A DNA stretch of 64,000 nt from Macrostomum lignano (lineage: Eukaryota), in assembly GCA_002269645.1 (NCBI GenBank), contig NIVC01000097.1, positions 1,712-65,711 of the forward strand, read 5' to 3'. This document shows, in pieces, positions 23,697 to 35,887 of the stretch. Position 1 is the stretch's first letter. Each line of letters begins with the position of its first letter. The translations under genes and the position numbers were made by a program. A model generated the notes under the pieces. That model was not told where the DNA came from and did not search any database. It worked only from the letters and a program-made list of their open reading frames with translations.

Positions 23697-24107
23697 GCAT
23701 GGGGGCATGAGGGGCATGAAGGGCATGAGGGGCATGCGGGGCATGAGGGGCATGAGGGGTATGAGGGGCATGGGGGGCATGAGGGGCATGAGGGGCATGA
23801 GGGGCATGAGGGGCATGAGGGGCATGAGGGGCATGAGGGGCATGAGGGGCATGAGGGGCATGAGAGGCATGAGGGGCATGAGGGGCATGAGGGGCATGAG
23901 GGGCATGAGGGGCATGAGGGGCATGGGGGCATGAGGGGCATGAGGGGCATGAGGGGCATGAGGGGCATGAGGGGCATGAGGGGCATGAGGGGCATGAGGG
24001 GCATGAGGGGCATGAGGGGCATGAGGGGCATGCGGGGCATGAGGGGCATGAGGGGCATGAGGGGCATGAGGGGCAGGAGGGGCATGAGGGGCATGAGGGG
24101 CATGGGG
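23697..24107 (+). repeat. 9-bp minisatellite (ggggcatga)n
   Basis: About 45 units with a few variants. Confidence 0.97.
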
Positions 24108-24684
24108 TAATCAAGGACTACTTAACAGCACAGGACGTTACACTAGCAAATTTTCGCAGAATTCCAGAAGGCAGCTTTGAATGTATGTTTCTATGGTCTT
24201 AGTGGCCTTTTTGCTTGTGAAGCAATGTGTATAATACATTAATAGAAATTGATGAAGTCTAGTGAATAAATCCTTTCATATGCATGCATTCCGACATTAG
24301 TCATTTGTAATTTCTCCAAAAGATGAACTAGGTGAACATATTAAACAAAGAACGAAGAAATACCAGAAATAAAGGGATTCCTAGATGCGTTTCTAAATTG
24401 TAGAATAGAAGCAACAAAGAATTAGCTAAGATAGCAACATCGAATCGAAACTTATAATCGAGATCGCCAGATGACTAACCACTTGCCTTTCTAAGTGCCT
24501 CCTACCCTATCTCTTCTGTTTCCGCCCTATTCTTCCTGTACTTTCTCTATCTCCTCTCTTTTTTTTGTCTCCCTCTGCACTCTTTTCCTGCGCTGTCCCC
24601 TCTTTCCCTGTGTCTACTTACAGTATTTTGTGTGCTCACCGTCCCCCCATCCCCTCTCAAACTCCCAAACGGTGACGCAAGTCG

Positions 24685-26491
24685 TGTGACCCCCTCTCCC
24701 CCTCAGTGACTCATCGATGACTCATCCCCCTCTCTTGCGCAACCTTTTCTCACGCCATTGTTCTCCTCCCCAAATTTCTCATGCGACACCCACCCCACCT
24801 CCGCTTCTATTGTTCTCGTTTTTGCTTCTTTTGTTCTCTCGACCCCACCAATTATCACATTTTCTCCGATTTTCTCTTTCTTTTGTTCTCGTTTTCGCAC
24901 CTAATTATCACCTTTCCTCCAATGTTTACTTTTCCATTGTTCTCAGTTTCCCCCAATTATCCCCGATTTCCAATTCCTTTGTTCTCGACCCCAGCCCTAT
25001 TGTTCTCAATGTTTGCTTGCGCAACACTTTCGCGACCACCCGCTGCGCCAATTATCCCCCACCCCACCTCCGGATTGCGCAATTTCCCTATTTCTCATGT
25101 TGCTATGCCGGTCTCATGCTTCTCATCATGACTCATTCTGACGTCATTCTGCCGGCAGCCAATCAGAGAGAGGGAGCCATGGTAACGACCTTGAGGAGGC
25201 GGCTGTGAGGTCTATAAAAGGAAGCGATTTCGGCATGAGAATCCTCAATCCCTCTTCCTCTCCTCGTCCTTCTTTGGACTTGCAGTCAGATTGAGTTCTG
25301 ACCCATTCGTCTATAAGACGAATCCCTGCCGGTCCGCGGTCTGTTACCGCCAAGTTATCCTTAGCTCCCCAAGTGAGCTCGCCTATCGGCCAGCGGTCTG
25401 ATACCGCCCAGCATCATCAGCATCGCCTGATCTACATCAGCGCCTCGTCGCTCCAGCGCATCGCCGCTTCACTGTCTGCCTGACTGCAGCCCACAGCCAC
25501 CCTCGGTCACTCCGCCTCTCTCTCTCTCTGTGCAGCTACCGGTAAGTTCCTGTTACTAATTTGTGCTCTAATTGCCTTTGCTTATCCGGGGTTTGCCTAT
25601 TTTCCATTGTCTGATTAGAGAGCTGAGCCAATTGTGATACCGTATCTTTTGCTGTATTTTACTCAATAGTGAAGCCGCCTAATTGCCTGCTTATTCGCCT
25701 AAGGGCCTAATTACTAACTATTAACTAACTTCATCATTATTCAATCTTTCACCATCATTTAACTCATGGCTTGCTAAGCTTTTCTCCCGGGGTGGCAAAG
25801 CATAAGGAAGTTTGGGTAAGCTAATGGCCTCTCCCCGTGCAAAGCCCGCCTGTGTGAGTGCGTGCGGCGGGTTCGTGAGTGCGTGCAGTGGAGGGTAATT
25901 AGCGAGTCTTGGCACAGAATGGCAGTAGGAAGGTTGCAACCCCATGCTAACGCGTCCCTTCGCCCTGAGCAATCTAAACTAGAGACAGTACATGTTCGCC
26001 TCATACTACTCTTAGTAATCAAAGTCGCAAGTCAGCCTCGCTCACAGCCACAAAGGATCCCCTGCTGAGAAATCCTCCAGGATTGAGCCCAGAGTTCCCG
26101 ATCATGCCCCAAGCAGAGTCCCTGTACTCGGCTGCATGCGTCTCCCCTGTTAGCCTAAATCCCCTGGTAACCAATCCAGGCGGGGCTCTAGCCTCGAGAG
26201 GTCTGGTAGAAAGATCCAGGTGCGCCAGGTCACATAGAGTGGTGGCAGCCACTCGGTCATACCATGACCGAGTGACCAACTATTGCACCTTGGCTACAGG
26301 TGGGGTCCATGTGGGTCCTTGGCCCTCTGGTCACGAAGCGCTACCAAAAGCTACTAATCATGTGGGCGGGACAGTCTGGTGCTGGAGGTCCGTCAGGTCA
26401 TTGCCCGGTCATAGGCAGCCTACGGTCATTGCCCCCTCTCGCCAAGCGTTCGTCTCTCAATAGGAGCGGACAGGCGACAAGGGCGGTTACA
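24685..26491 (+). mobile_element. Probable solo LTR (~1.8 kb)
   Basis: Termini TGTGACCCC...GGCGGTTACA. Contains TGACTCA three times, TGACGTCA at 25139, CCAAT at 25159, TATAAAAG at 25213 and a GTAAGT donor near 25541. No TSD or PBS found. Confidence 0.5.
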
Positions 26492-27029
26492 TCACAATGA
26501 ACTCAAAATGCATCTCAAAATGAAAGCGTCGAAAAAACCTCAATTAGTAAATTTTTAGATTTAGATTAGATTTACTTTCAAGTAAATTGGTCAAGTAAAG
26601 TAAAAGACACTTACGAGTAGTAAAGTGGTTGTCACACACAATACGCTCGTACGCTCGTATTCACAACTTTGCAACCAAATGTGTGTACAGTTTGGACAAG
26701 ACGAATTATTTGGTAGAAAAAAGTTCTGGTTGAAGACTGTAAATAGATACGAGCCGGGCTATAAATTTGGATGCTCCCATAAAAGGTTTATCCATAATCG
26801 CCAAAAATGTACGTGCTAGCTTATCTGGAGTATCCTCTGCTTATCCAATGACGTGACTTCCACGAAGACGCAGAGAAGTTTGTACATCGAATGTAATTAT
26901 TTTGAACAGATGCGCTGTGAGGGGGTGTAGCACTTAAGGGTCTCGACGATGCTTTAACAGTAGGAATCTGTCCCAACTGTGCCGAGACCACCCACCCATG
27001 TGCCGTTTTGAGAGTCGAGGCCCCGCTTG

Positions 27030-27230
27030 CTTCATTCTAGCATCCTCCGGCCAATGCTTGCGGCATACGCGCCCATGTACGCACTAAAATATTACCTTAC
27101 CTTTGCTGCGATACGCAAAAAGCCTTCATTCAGGAGTCAGCCTCATTCTCTTCTTTCAGAAAAGTAATACACGATGCACATTGTAGTGCTGATGCAGCCT
27201 GAAGTCTGCAACACTTCGTCGGAATCTTGT
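27030..27230 (-). mobile_element. Possible degenerate THAP zinc-finger relic (transposase N-terminus)
   Basis: Pieces across frameshifts: PTKCC / SGCISTT..VYYF / KEENEADS*MKAF / RVCRKHWPED, resembling the THAP pattern CCVxGC..FP..W..CxxHF. Confidence 0.3.
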
Positions 27231-28199
27231 ATAACTCAATTGAATTGGAAGCAAGAAATAAAATCTTCCGAGAACGCAGAGAAGTTAGCTGTTTGCTCTT
27301 GTCTACTTTGGTACTCTAAGCTAGACTTGTTGGCTATCATGCTGCGCTAGTATTTATGCGAAATGACATTGAAAAGCAAAAAGGCCACCAAAACCACTAA
27401 ATACATTATTAAAAGCGGCCTTTTAGAATTCTGCCAATATTTGCAAGTGTAACGTCCTGTATTGTTAAGTAGTCCATTGGGGTGATGAGGGGCATGAGGT
27501 GTATGAGAGGCATAAGTAAATGAGGGGCATGAGGAGCCCCTCGAGCTGTAACTTGTTGTATGCACTGTCTATACAGTCTGTTGTATTTGATTTTCACAAT
27601 TTCAAAGAATAAATGGTATATATTTCCCGTTTATACCAGTGCTAGGGCAATAAATGCTTGAGTGACTTGTTTATTGACCGAGGCGAAGCTGTTTATTGAC
27701 CGTTTATTTGCATCGAAAGAGCAGTTGCACAGTAAAATAAACCGTTTATTTGCACCGATGCAAATAAATGAAATTTACACTGAGACCACAGACGTTCGCC
27801 CGGGCAGTGCCAGTGGGGAAAACATGGTCAGTTGTCAGTTTATGTTCAGTGGATCAGTTTATCCGTTTATGTAATTAGGTTAGGTTGGAATACTATATGT
27901 TTCAATCAAAAGTAACTCTTCAGAAATGAATGAGCTAGGAGGTGAGGAGGCGGGGAGAAGAGGAGAAGAAGAGAATGCTAAGAGACGAGCTACTTGAATT
28001 GCTTGGTTTCAACATTGGTTTACATAGCATTTAGAATGGGGAATAATTTAGATGGTACTGGTACGTGACTACTTTTCATTGGCTGAGACTGGGTCGAGTC
28101 CTAAGCTTTTTCTTGTTGGAACGCATTGATTGGTTCCATTCAAATTGAAACTTTCAGAGCTAAATTGTATCACATCAGTTAAGTTTAGGTTTAAGAACG

Positions 28200-28530
28200 G
28201 CTCGATTTTACTAGCGCCTTTCTCTTCTCTGGGCCTCTTCCCGCAAAGCGCGCTCCGTAGCCTATGTTTCCGATCAGGGCTTTGTGTAGGGTGTGTGCAT
28301 GAGAGAATCGTAGCATTATCCTGGCGTTAGGTTGTACTGAAGGTAAAAGCGAATGTGGAGCTCCCTCCCGAAGAACAACTTCACAATCAGCACCCACTGT
28401 CCGAACTTTGGTTTTGGTTGTTTGGATAGTTCGTTCCGCCTTACCATTCGCCTGTGATCTTCTAGCGCCGTAGTCCCTGCCGAGATATCAGACACCGGGA
28501 CAATCTCGACGAAGCTGTGGAAACGATCAA
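28200..28530 (-). mobile_element. Degenerate Gypsy-type integrase core fragment
   Basis: IDRFHSFVEIVPVSDISAGTTA and SVQPNARIMLRFSHAHTLHKAL resemble the rve motifs DRFTRW.EA.P..DISA.T.A and YHPQ.NG..ER.HRTLK.AL. Confidence 0.5.
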
Positions 28531-29619
28531 TCAGTTTCAATGTGTGGAATCAAAATGAATCTGTGGAATCAATCAACCAGAAGATGCCACATACGAAAAG
28601 ACTAGGGAAAAGGTCTACAATGGTCAAGTGTCCAATGTACCACCTGATCAAGGTACCCTTCCAAGGTAGACTGCAGGGGGTCTCTAATCTTCATTGTACC
28701 TTTCTACCTCTTACGTAAGTTTCAAGATCAAGATAAAGAAACGTGCCTTCAATGCCGCCGTGGTTTTATTCGCTCCTGAATGGTTGCACGCTTGATGACC
28801 AGTTCATTTAAATTTGCAGAGGGAGAAATTATCGACTGCTTGACACTCGGTTTACCCTTTCTTGCTGGCTTTATATAGCTCGTTATACAGAGCCCAGAGC
28901 GTTTTAGCTTTCTCGAATTTCATGCTTGCTAAGCTTTGGTTCGGAGCCAGCTACCGACTGCTTGATTCTCAGCAGGTCTACGTTTGACTCTTGAGCCAGC
29001 GTCACCCAATCCACACAACGCCGGGCCTGATCTACGAGTTACGTCAAAGGCTGCCTTGAAAGGCTGCTTCAGGCTGCGCTCGCAATAAATAATATCTTTA
29101 TTAAAGTTTCAATATGAAATTTGCTTCGAATTATTCCGTCACAGTGGGTTAGGCCAATGTTTTCCATTCAATCAGGTTTATTCTCAAGCATAGTGAAGTT
29201 GATTTGCAGTCGCATCAGGCGCATTAGATCAATGCTTTGTTAGTAGCAGATATGTACGATTGCTTATGCGTGCAGACGCATGGATTGAATTTAAATAAAG
29301 AGCATTAAAAATTGGCGCATGCTGTAAAGAAAAAGTTTTATCCAGGTGTGATGAGACGCATTAGAGGCATTTTTCTTACGACAATAATCGTCCGGAATAG
29401 AAAATCAGGTAAATAAAAACTGTTGCTGGTAATCAGCCAGCACTGAAGGCTAATTAATGAATTATAGTACCGATAGTAAATTACATTTACATATGAATAG
29501 CTGCCCCAAATTTAATTATGACTACTATAAATAGACTAGTTGTTCCTTCACACAGTAATCTACCGATTTATCCAGCTTGATTCGAGGGCCGCGATACCGA
29601 TCAGCTGACTGTCTGCCTG

Positions 29620-29782
29620 TCAGTTGGGGTTGTCGACCACCAGCATGGCCTCGCCGTCCTTGTCGATGCACTGGCAGTTTTCTCTCTCTCGCCGTCGATG
29701 TTTCTGCAGCGAAACGGCGCCGCGCCAATCGGCTTGCAGCTGAAGTCGGCAGCAACGCATTCTGGAATGGGCGAGTGGTGGA
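29620..29782 (-). CDS. vWA paralog 3, terminal exon 7 (1-bp deletion in the GA run near 29690)
   Basis: Nearly identical to 23066-23229; ggcgagagagagaaaac vs ggcgaggagagagaaaac. Confidence 0.7.
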
Positions 29783-29819
29783 CTGCCTAGCAACTGGATT
29801 GTTGCGGAGCTGGCCGGGT

Positions 29820-30205
29820 GCAGTGACTGAGGGAGGGCTGGCAGACATGCAGTGACTGAGAGAGGCCTGACAGACATGCAGTGACTGAGGGAGGGCTGGC
29901 AGACATGCAGTGACTGAGGGAGGGCTGGCAGACATGCAGTGACTGAGGGAGGGCTGGCAGACATGCAATGACTGAAGGAGGGCTGGCAGACATGTAGTGA
30001 CTGAGGGAGGGCTGGCAGACATGCAGTGACTGAGGGAGGGCTGGCAGACATGCAGTGACTGAGAGAGGGCTGGCAGACATGCAGTGACTGAGGGAGGGCT
30101 GGCAGACATGCAGTGACTGAGGGAGGGCTGGCAGACATGCAGTGACTGAGGGAGGGCTGGCAGACATGCAATGACTGAAGGAGGGCTGGCAGACATGTAG
30201 TGACT
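29820..30205 (-). repeat. 29-bp intronic minisatellite, paralogous to 22748-23030
   Basis: About 13 units of the same motif. Confidence 0.95.
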
Positions 30206-30229
30206 AATGTGCTTAGCTCTAACACTTAC

Positions 30230-30352
30230 TTTTAGCAGTGGTTGGCAGGATTGTATTGCCGCTCCGATCGCAGCGGAACTCGTGGCACATGTTGGTCCAA
30301 AACTCGCCTTCCAGGTGGTCGCTGCCGTCAATCGGGTCGACGCAAGTGGCCT
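30230..30352 (-). CDS. vWA paralog 3, exon 6 (vWC-like start)
   Basis: ttacag| gives KATCVDPIDGSDHLEGEFWTNMCHEFRCDRSGNTILPTTAK; donor A|GTAAGT. Confidence 0.8.
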
Positions 30353-30705
30353 CTGTAAGTGAAATTTTTACAGTCTTCTAATAATACGTTTTCTAATAAT
30401 ATATTTAGCTACACGGCTTTTATACGCGTATAGAACTTATGCTTTTAAGAATGTAATCAGAAGTAAGCATGCCTTCTTCCGGTAAAGTATCTAAAAGAAA
30501 AAGTAACCTTCAAAGATCTCATTAAAGTTGTGGAGCTATATTTTCTGTCTAATAGGGTCTGTTTTTTTCTGTTTGTTATTCTTTCAAAAGAATCAATTAA
30601 ATAAATTTCACACAGAAAGTAAAAATAATAGAGAAAGTACCAGCAAATAGCAAAATTCGTAAAATCTTTTAAAATAAAATACCACGTTGTGTGAAGAAAC
30701 CTTAC

Positions 30706-30980
30706 TGCATTTTTTCAATATTCTGTTTTTGAAGTGCTTGATGCACTTTCGCGTCTCGTCGTATTTGAAACTGATGAAAGTGACTTGCATTTTGGATTTG
30801 AAACACGACGAGACGGACTTGAACTGAACATCAGCACTGCACAGCTCTGGGCTTAGTGGCTTTAACTCCATGCAGAGCTGAAGCGAGAATTTTTTCGCCC
30901 AATCCTTCAGCTGATCAAATTTTTCCAAGAGGAAAAGATTCTTATCAGATTCCGGAGCCGTCATCATCTTCAGCTCCTCC
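30706..30980 (-). CDS. vWA paralog 3, exon 5
   Basis: ccaacag| gives EELKMMTAPESDKNLF...KCIKHFKNRILKKC; donor A|GTAAGG. Confidence 0.85.
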
Positions 30981-31122
30981 CTGTTGGAAAAGTAAAACAT
31001 CAGGCGAAGCAAATGTGATAAGTTACTCAAGTATTTTACAACACGGCTATGTCGGTAGTCATTAATTACTTGTATGTAAAATTATCCACCAAGTTTTTCA
31101 AAGCCAATTTTCTTCAACTCAC

Positions 31123-31630
31123 AGATTTAGTATGGCCCCTTCGCTTAGAGGCTTGACTCCGATGGCATAGATAGTAACTCCGCGACTCTTCAAAACCGAT
31201 ACGGCATTAAACAAAACCTTCGGATCATCGCTTGAGCCATCCGTGATGACAATTATGGCTTTGTTAACGTTTCGTCGGCCTTTTGATTCAAGAATTGCAC
31301 CGACTTTTACTAGCGCGTCACCAGTGTACGTGTGACCGAAGTCAGTGGTGTTCGCCATCTCGTCTACGATTTTTAGAATTGCCTGCTTATTAAACTCTTC
31401 GCCAATCGCTACCTTGACTTTGAGCGACTCAGAATAGAACACGCCCGGTGCAAATTGCAAGCCGTTGAAATATGTAACACCTAAATGAACATTTTTAGGC
31501 CCGATATTCATCGATTTGATCAGCTCTCTTGCCGAATTCGTAATTGTGCGGTACTTCGACCTCACTGTTGAAGACTGGTCCAGCATTATCATTACATCAC
31601 CGACTTGGTTTTCGCACTCTATCGCTCGGG
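31123..31630 (-). CDS. vWA paralog 3, exon 4: vWA domain 2 (DQSST variant)
   Basis: tattttag| gives RAIECENQVGDVMIMLDQSST; KAIIVITDG; GVTIYAIGV; donor CT|GTGAGT (phase 2). Confidence 0.88.
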
Positions 31631-31649
31631 CTAAAATAGATATGTCTGC

Positions 31650-31659
31650 AGACTGACTG

Positions 31660-31718
<59 letters not shown>

Positions 31719-31907
31719 GACTGACTGACTGACTGACTGACTGACTGACTGACTGACTGACTGACTGACTTGAGTGAGTGAGTGGCTGACTGACTGACTG
31801 ACTGACTGACTGACTGACTGACTGACTGACTGACTGACTGACTGACTGACTGACTGACTGACTGACTGACTGACTGACTGACTGACTGACTGACTGACTG
31901 ACTGACT

Positions 31908-31958
<51 letters not shown>

Positions 31959-32134
31959 TGACTGACTGACTGACTGACTGACTTGAGTGACTGACTGACT
32001 GACTGACTGACTGACTTGAGTGACTGACTGACTGACTGACTGACTGACTGACTGACTGACTGACTGACTGACTGACTGACTTGAGTGACTGACTGACTGA
32101 CTGACTGACTGACTGACTGACTGACTGACTGACT

Positions 32135-32185
<51 letters not shown>

Positions 32186-32663
32186 TGACTGACTTGAGTG
32201 AGTGAGTGGCTGACTGACTGACTGACTGACTGACTGACTGACTGACTGACTGACTGACTGACTGACTGACTGACTGACTGACTGACTGACTTGAGTGAGT
32301 GAGTGGCTGACTGACTGACTGACTGACTGACTGACTGACTGACTGACTGACTGACTGACTGACTGACTGACTGACTGACTGACTGACTGACTGACTGACT
32401 GACTGACTGACTGACTGACTGACTGACTGACTGACTGACTGACTGACTGACTGACTGACTGACTGACTGACTGACTGACTGACTGACTGACTGACTGACT
32501 TGAGTGACTGACTGACTGACTGACTGACTGACTTGAGTGACTGACTGACTGACTGACTGACTGACTGACTGACTGACTGACTGACTGACTGACTGACTTG
32601 AGTGACTGACTGACTGACTGACTGACTGACTGACTGACTGACTGACTGACTGACTGACTGACT

Positions 32664-32714
<51 letters not shown>

Positions 32715-33114
32715 TGACTGACTTGAGTGAGTGAGTGGCTGACTGACTGACTGACTGACTGACTGACTGACTGACTGACTGACTGACTGACTGACTGACT
32801 GACTTGAGTGAGTGAGTGGCTGACTGACTGACTGACTGACTGACTGACTGACTGACTGACTGACTGACTGACTGACTGACTGACTGACTGACTGACTGAC
32901 TGACTGACTGACTGACTGACTGACTGACTGACTGACTGACTGACTGACTGACTGACTGACTGACTAACTGACTGACTGACTGACTGACTGACTGACTGAC
33001 TGACTGACTGACTGACTGACTGACTGACTGACTGACTGACTGACTGACTGACTGACTGACTGACTGACTGACTGACTGACTGACTGACTGACTGACTGAC
33101 TGACTGACTGACTG

Positions 33115-33165
<51 letters not shown>

Positions 33166-33850
33166 GACTGACTGACTGACTGACTGACTGACTGACTGAC
33201 TGACTGACTGACTGACTTGAGTGAGTGAGTGACTGACTGACTGACTGACTGACTGACTGACTGACTGACTGACTGACTGACTGACTGACTGACTGACTGA
33301 CTGACTGACTGACTGACTGACTGACTGACTGACTGACTGACTGACTGACTGACTGACTGACTGACTGACTGACTGACTGACTGACTGACTGACTGACTGA
33401 CTGACTGACTGACTGACTGACTGACTGACTGACTGACTGACTGACTGACTGACTGACTGACTGACTGACTGACTGACTGACTGACTGACTGACTGACTGA
33501 CTGACTGACTGACTGACTGACTGACTGACTGACTGACTGACTGACTGACTGACTGACTGACTGACTGACTGACTGACTGACTGACTGACTGACTGACTGA
33601 CTGACTGACTGACTGACTGACTGACTGACTGTGACTGACTGACTGACTGACTGACTGACTGACTGACTGACTGACTGACTGACTGACTGACTGACTGACT
33701 GACTGACTGACTGACTGACTGACTGACTGACTGACTGACTGACTGACTGACTGACTGACTGACTGACTGACTGACTGACTGACTGACTGACTGACTGACT
33801 GACTGACTGACTGACTGACTGACTGACTGACTGACTGACTGACTAACTGA
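31650..33850 (-). repeat. Giant (GTCA)n microsatellite (GACT on + strand), ~2.2 kb, with (GTAA)n blocks
   Basis: Fills almost the whole 2247-bp intron and has the same ccactcactcactcaa interruptions as 19961-21116. Confidence 0.98.
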
Positions 33851-33877
33851 CATAAATAAGATGAACAAGAAACTTAC

Positions 33878-34024
33878 AGCAGTCGACTTTATGCTTTTCT
33901 GTATGTGTCACGCACGATTGTTTTTTTCTGTCGAAGAACTGCAGCGTCTCTGAGATGAGCAAATTGCCGTCAGCTTTGCATGCGCCAAGACTTCGCTCCA
34001 TCTTGCTGCAGGACTTCTTCTCTT
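33878..34024 (-). CDS. vWA paralog 3, exon 3 (complete 4-Cys module, 147 nt, phase 1-1); not in the ORF track
   Basis: ttgcag| gives EKKSCSKMERSLGACKADGNLLISETLQFFDRKKQSCVTHTEKHKVDC; donor T|GTAAGT. Confidence 0.82.
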
Positions 34025-34079
34025 CTGCAAGTATTTTGTGAAGCTTTTAAAATTTTTAAAACTCTCTATTCGGCAAAGA

Positions 34080-34440
34080 AGACGAAGAAGAAGAAGCATG
34101 GAGGCAAAGAAAGCTGGTGAGATACCAGAGTGGCAGTTGGTTCACTCTGGAATGGATGCTGTGAATGAATCCGAGTTTCCAGGAACATCAGGGGTTTGCC
34201 CAGATTGGACGCCTCCAGCTTCAGCTGATGGAAACGAAGAAGACTTTCTGAATTCGGAATTACTGATGGAATCATTGTCAGCGGGAAGACCTGGACGAAT
34301 CGTAGAGCATTGAGGATATTTGAGGAGTGCGCCGACAAGGAGCAGTTGCCGAATGTGGTGAAGAACTGGAGTGTTTGCACAGATGATGAGGTGAGGATGC
34401 CGTTCGGGATTGTTCTTTGGATGAGCCTGGACAAAAAACA
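34080..34440 (+). mobile_element. piggyBac-like (PGBD) transposase N-terminal relic inside an intron
   Basis: Acidic region, EFPGTSGVCPDW, then KNWSVCTDDEVRMPFGIVLWMSLDKK, matching the piggyBac motif W..T..E.R.F.G..L.M.L.KK. Confidence 0.55.
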
Positions 34441-34678
34441 GATCAGCAGCTGTCTTTAATCCCGATGAATAATATACATTATATTACATATTATATTCTT
34501 ATAATATATAATATATAATATATTATAATATTCCAAGATTATTTTGAATGTTTTTAATTTGTAGGTCCATTAATAACAACAAATTAAATTAGTTTTTTCA
34601 ACTTAATGGTCAAAGCACACAAATGGACACTTATGCCATAGTTGAATTTTTCCAAATACAAATGCAGTAGAAACTCAC

Positions 34679-34932
34679 TGCAGGACTGAAATGACCTCGC
34701 GATCTGCTGTCTGCAGACTCCCACGCCTGACGCGGTGAAAGCGCCAGCAACATTCACCGTCAGTACGTGCTGCGATTTTTTAAAGCAAGTTTCAGGCTTC
34801 ACCGTCCGCCCCGAGTTTTTGCAGGTTGATGGCGGGCATAATTTTTTGTTTAGAGACTTGACGGACTCCATAGCCTTGTTCGTGTTCTTGAAGAGCAGGT
34901 AGTTTGTTCCGAAAATGGCCTTCAGCTCCTTG
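34679..34932 (-). CDS. vWA paralog 3, exon 2
   Basis: ttttag| gives SKELKAIFGTNYLL...CRQQIARSFQSC; donor A|GTGAGT; 254 nt. Confidence 0.85.
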
Positions 34933-35319
34933 CTAAAATTATTAGAAATTAGAGATAGCAATCTTAGATAGCTGCATACTTTTATCAACGGAAATAGCAA
35001 TCAGCGAAACGAATACTTTGCCTCCTGAAAATTAAACTTGATCAGCCAGCAATCACTGTATAAGTTGCTTTTTTAACACAAGCTTCGGTAAATTCAGCTC
35101 TTGATTGTGCTATTCCGGTCCACACCGGACATTTATTATGATTGGAATCTCGAAAGAAGTCAGAAAGAACTCTTTCTTTTGAGCACACAGAGAATTTTCG
35201 CTGTATATCATTGGGATTTTTTAATTACTAAGGTACTTGCCAATTTAATCCTCATAAAATATTTAGCTATTCTCTTCTCAAATGCAGTTTTGAAGCTGGT
35301 GCAAATTTATTTGTCTCAC

Positions 35320-35887
35320 CTGTTCCACAACCCGCCGATTCCAACTGCGTGCACTGCGCTTTCCATCGACCGCGCGGCTGCGACTTCCGACTCAATCGAA
35401 GCCAGTTCCGCGTCGCTCGATCCCGTTATTCTCTCAGCGCACTGCCCGTCCTTTACTAGAGCTAAGAGTCTTGGAGTCGGAGCAGCCCTGGCCTTGTTGA
35501 GCACGGACTCCCGAGCCAGCTTGATGCCCTTCGAGATTTCGGCTCGTTCGGAACTCATCGTCAGCCTGTCGACCGCGGAGTTGAAGTCCGACAGAGACGT
35601 CACGTCGTCGAAGTTGGCGAGAACCTGCGCAGTCTGCGAATGCCGATCAGAGCCAGTCGAGTTTTTGTGGGACCGATTGGAAATTTAGAGACCAAGGCCT
35701 TCACCTCTGAGAGCAGCCTGTCGAACTGTGTTTGAGAGCATGAAGACGATGTGTCCACTGCGACCACCAAGTCGAGCTGAGTAATGCAGGGGCTTGTCGA
35801 GCAGCTGAGCTCAATCTGATGCATGAGAAGCAAGGCAGTGCTGACGGACAGAGCTTTCAAAAAGCATTTGCCACAGTTTGTGAGCAT
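35320..35887 (-). CDS. vWA paralog 3, exon 1 (signal peptide + vWA1), 1-bp deletion near 35640
   Basis: ATG at 35887; mature part nearly identical to paralog 2; gcgaatgccg vs gcgacatgccg; length 568 vs 569 nt; donor AG|GTGAGA. Confidence 0.82.

Noticed and set aside
23632-24114. CPS/HAP, HEG and MPL repeat ORFs resembling metallothionein or His-rich proteins
   Set aside because: Stop-free 9-bp minisatellite read in multiple frames.
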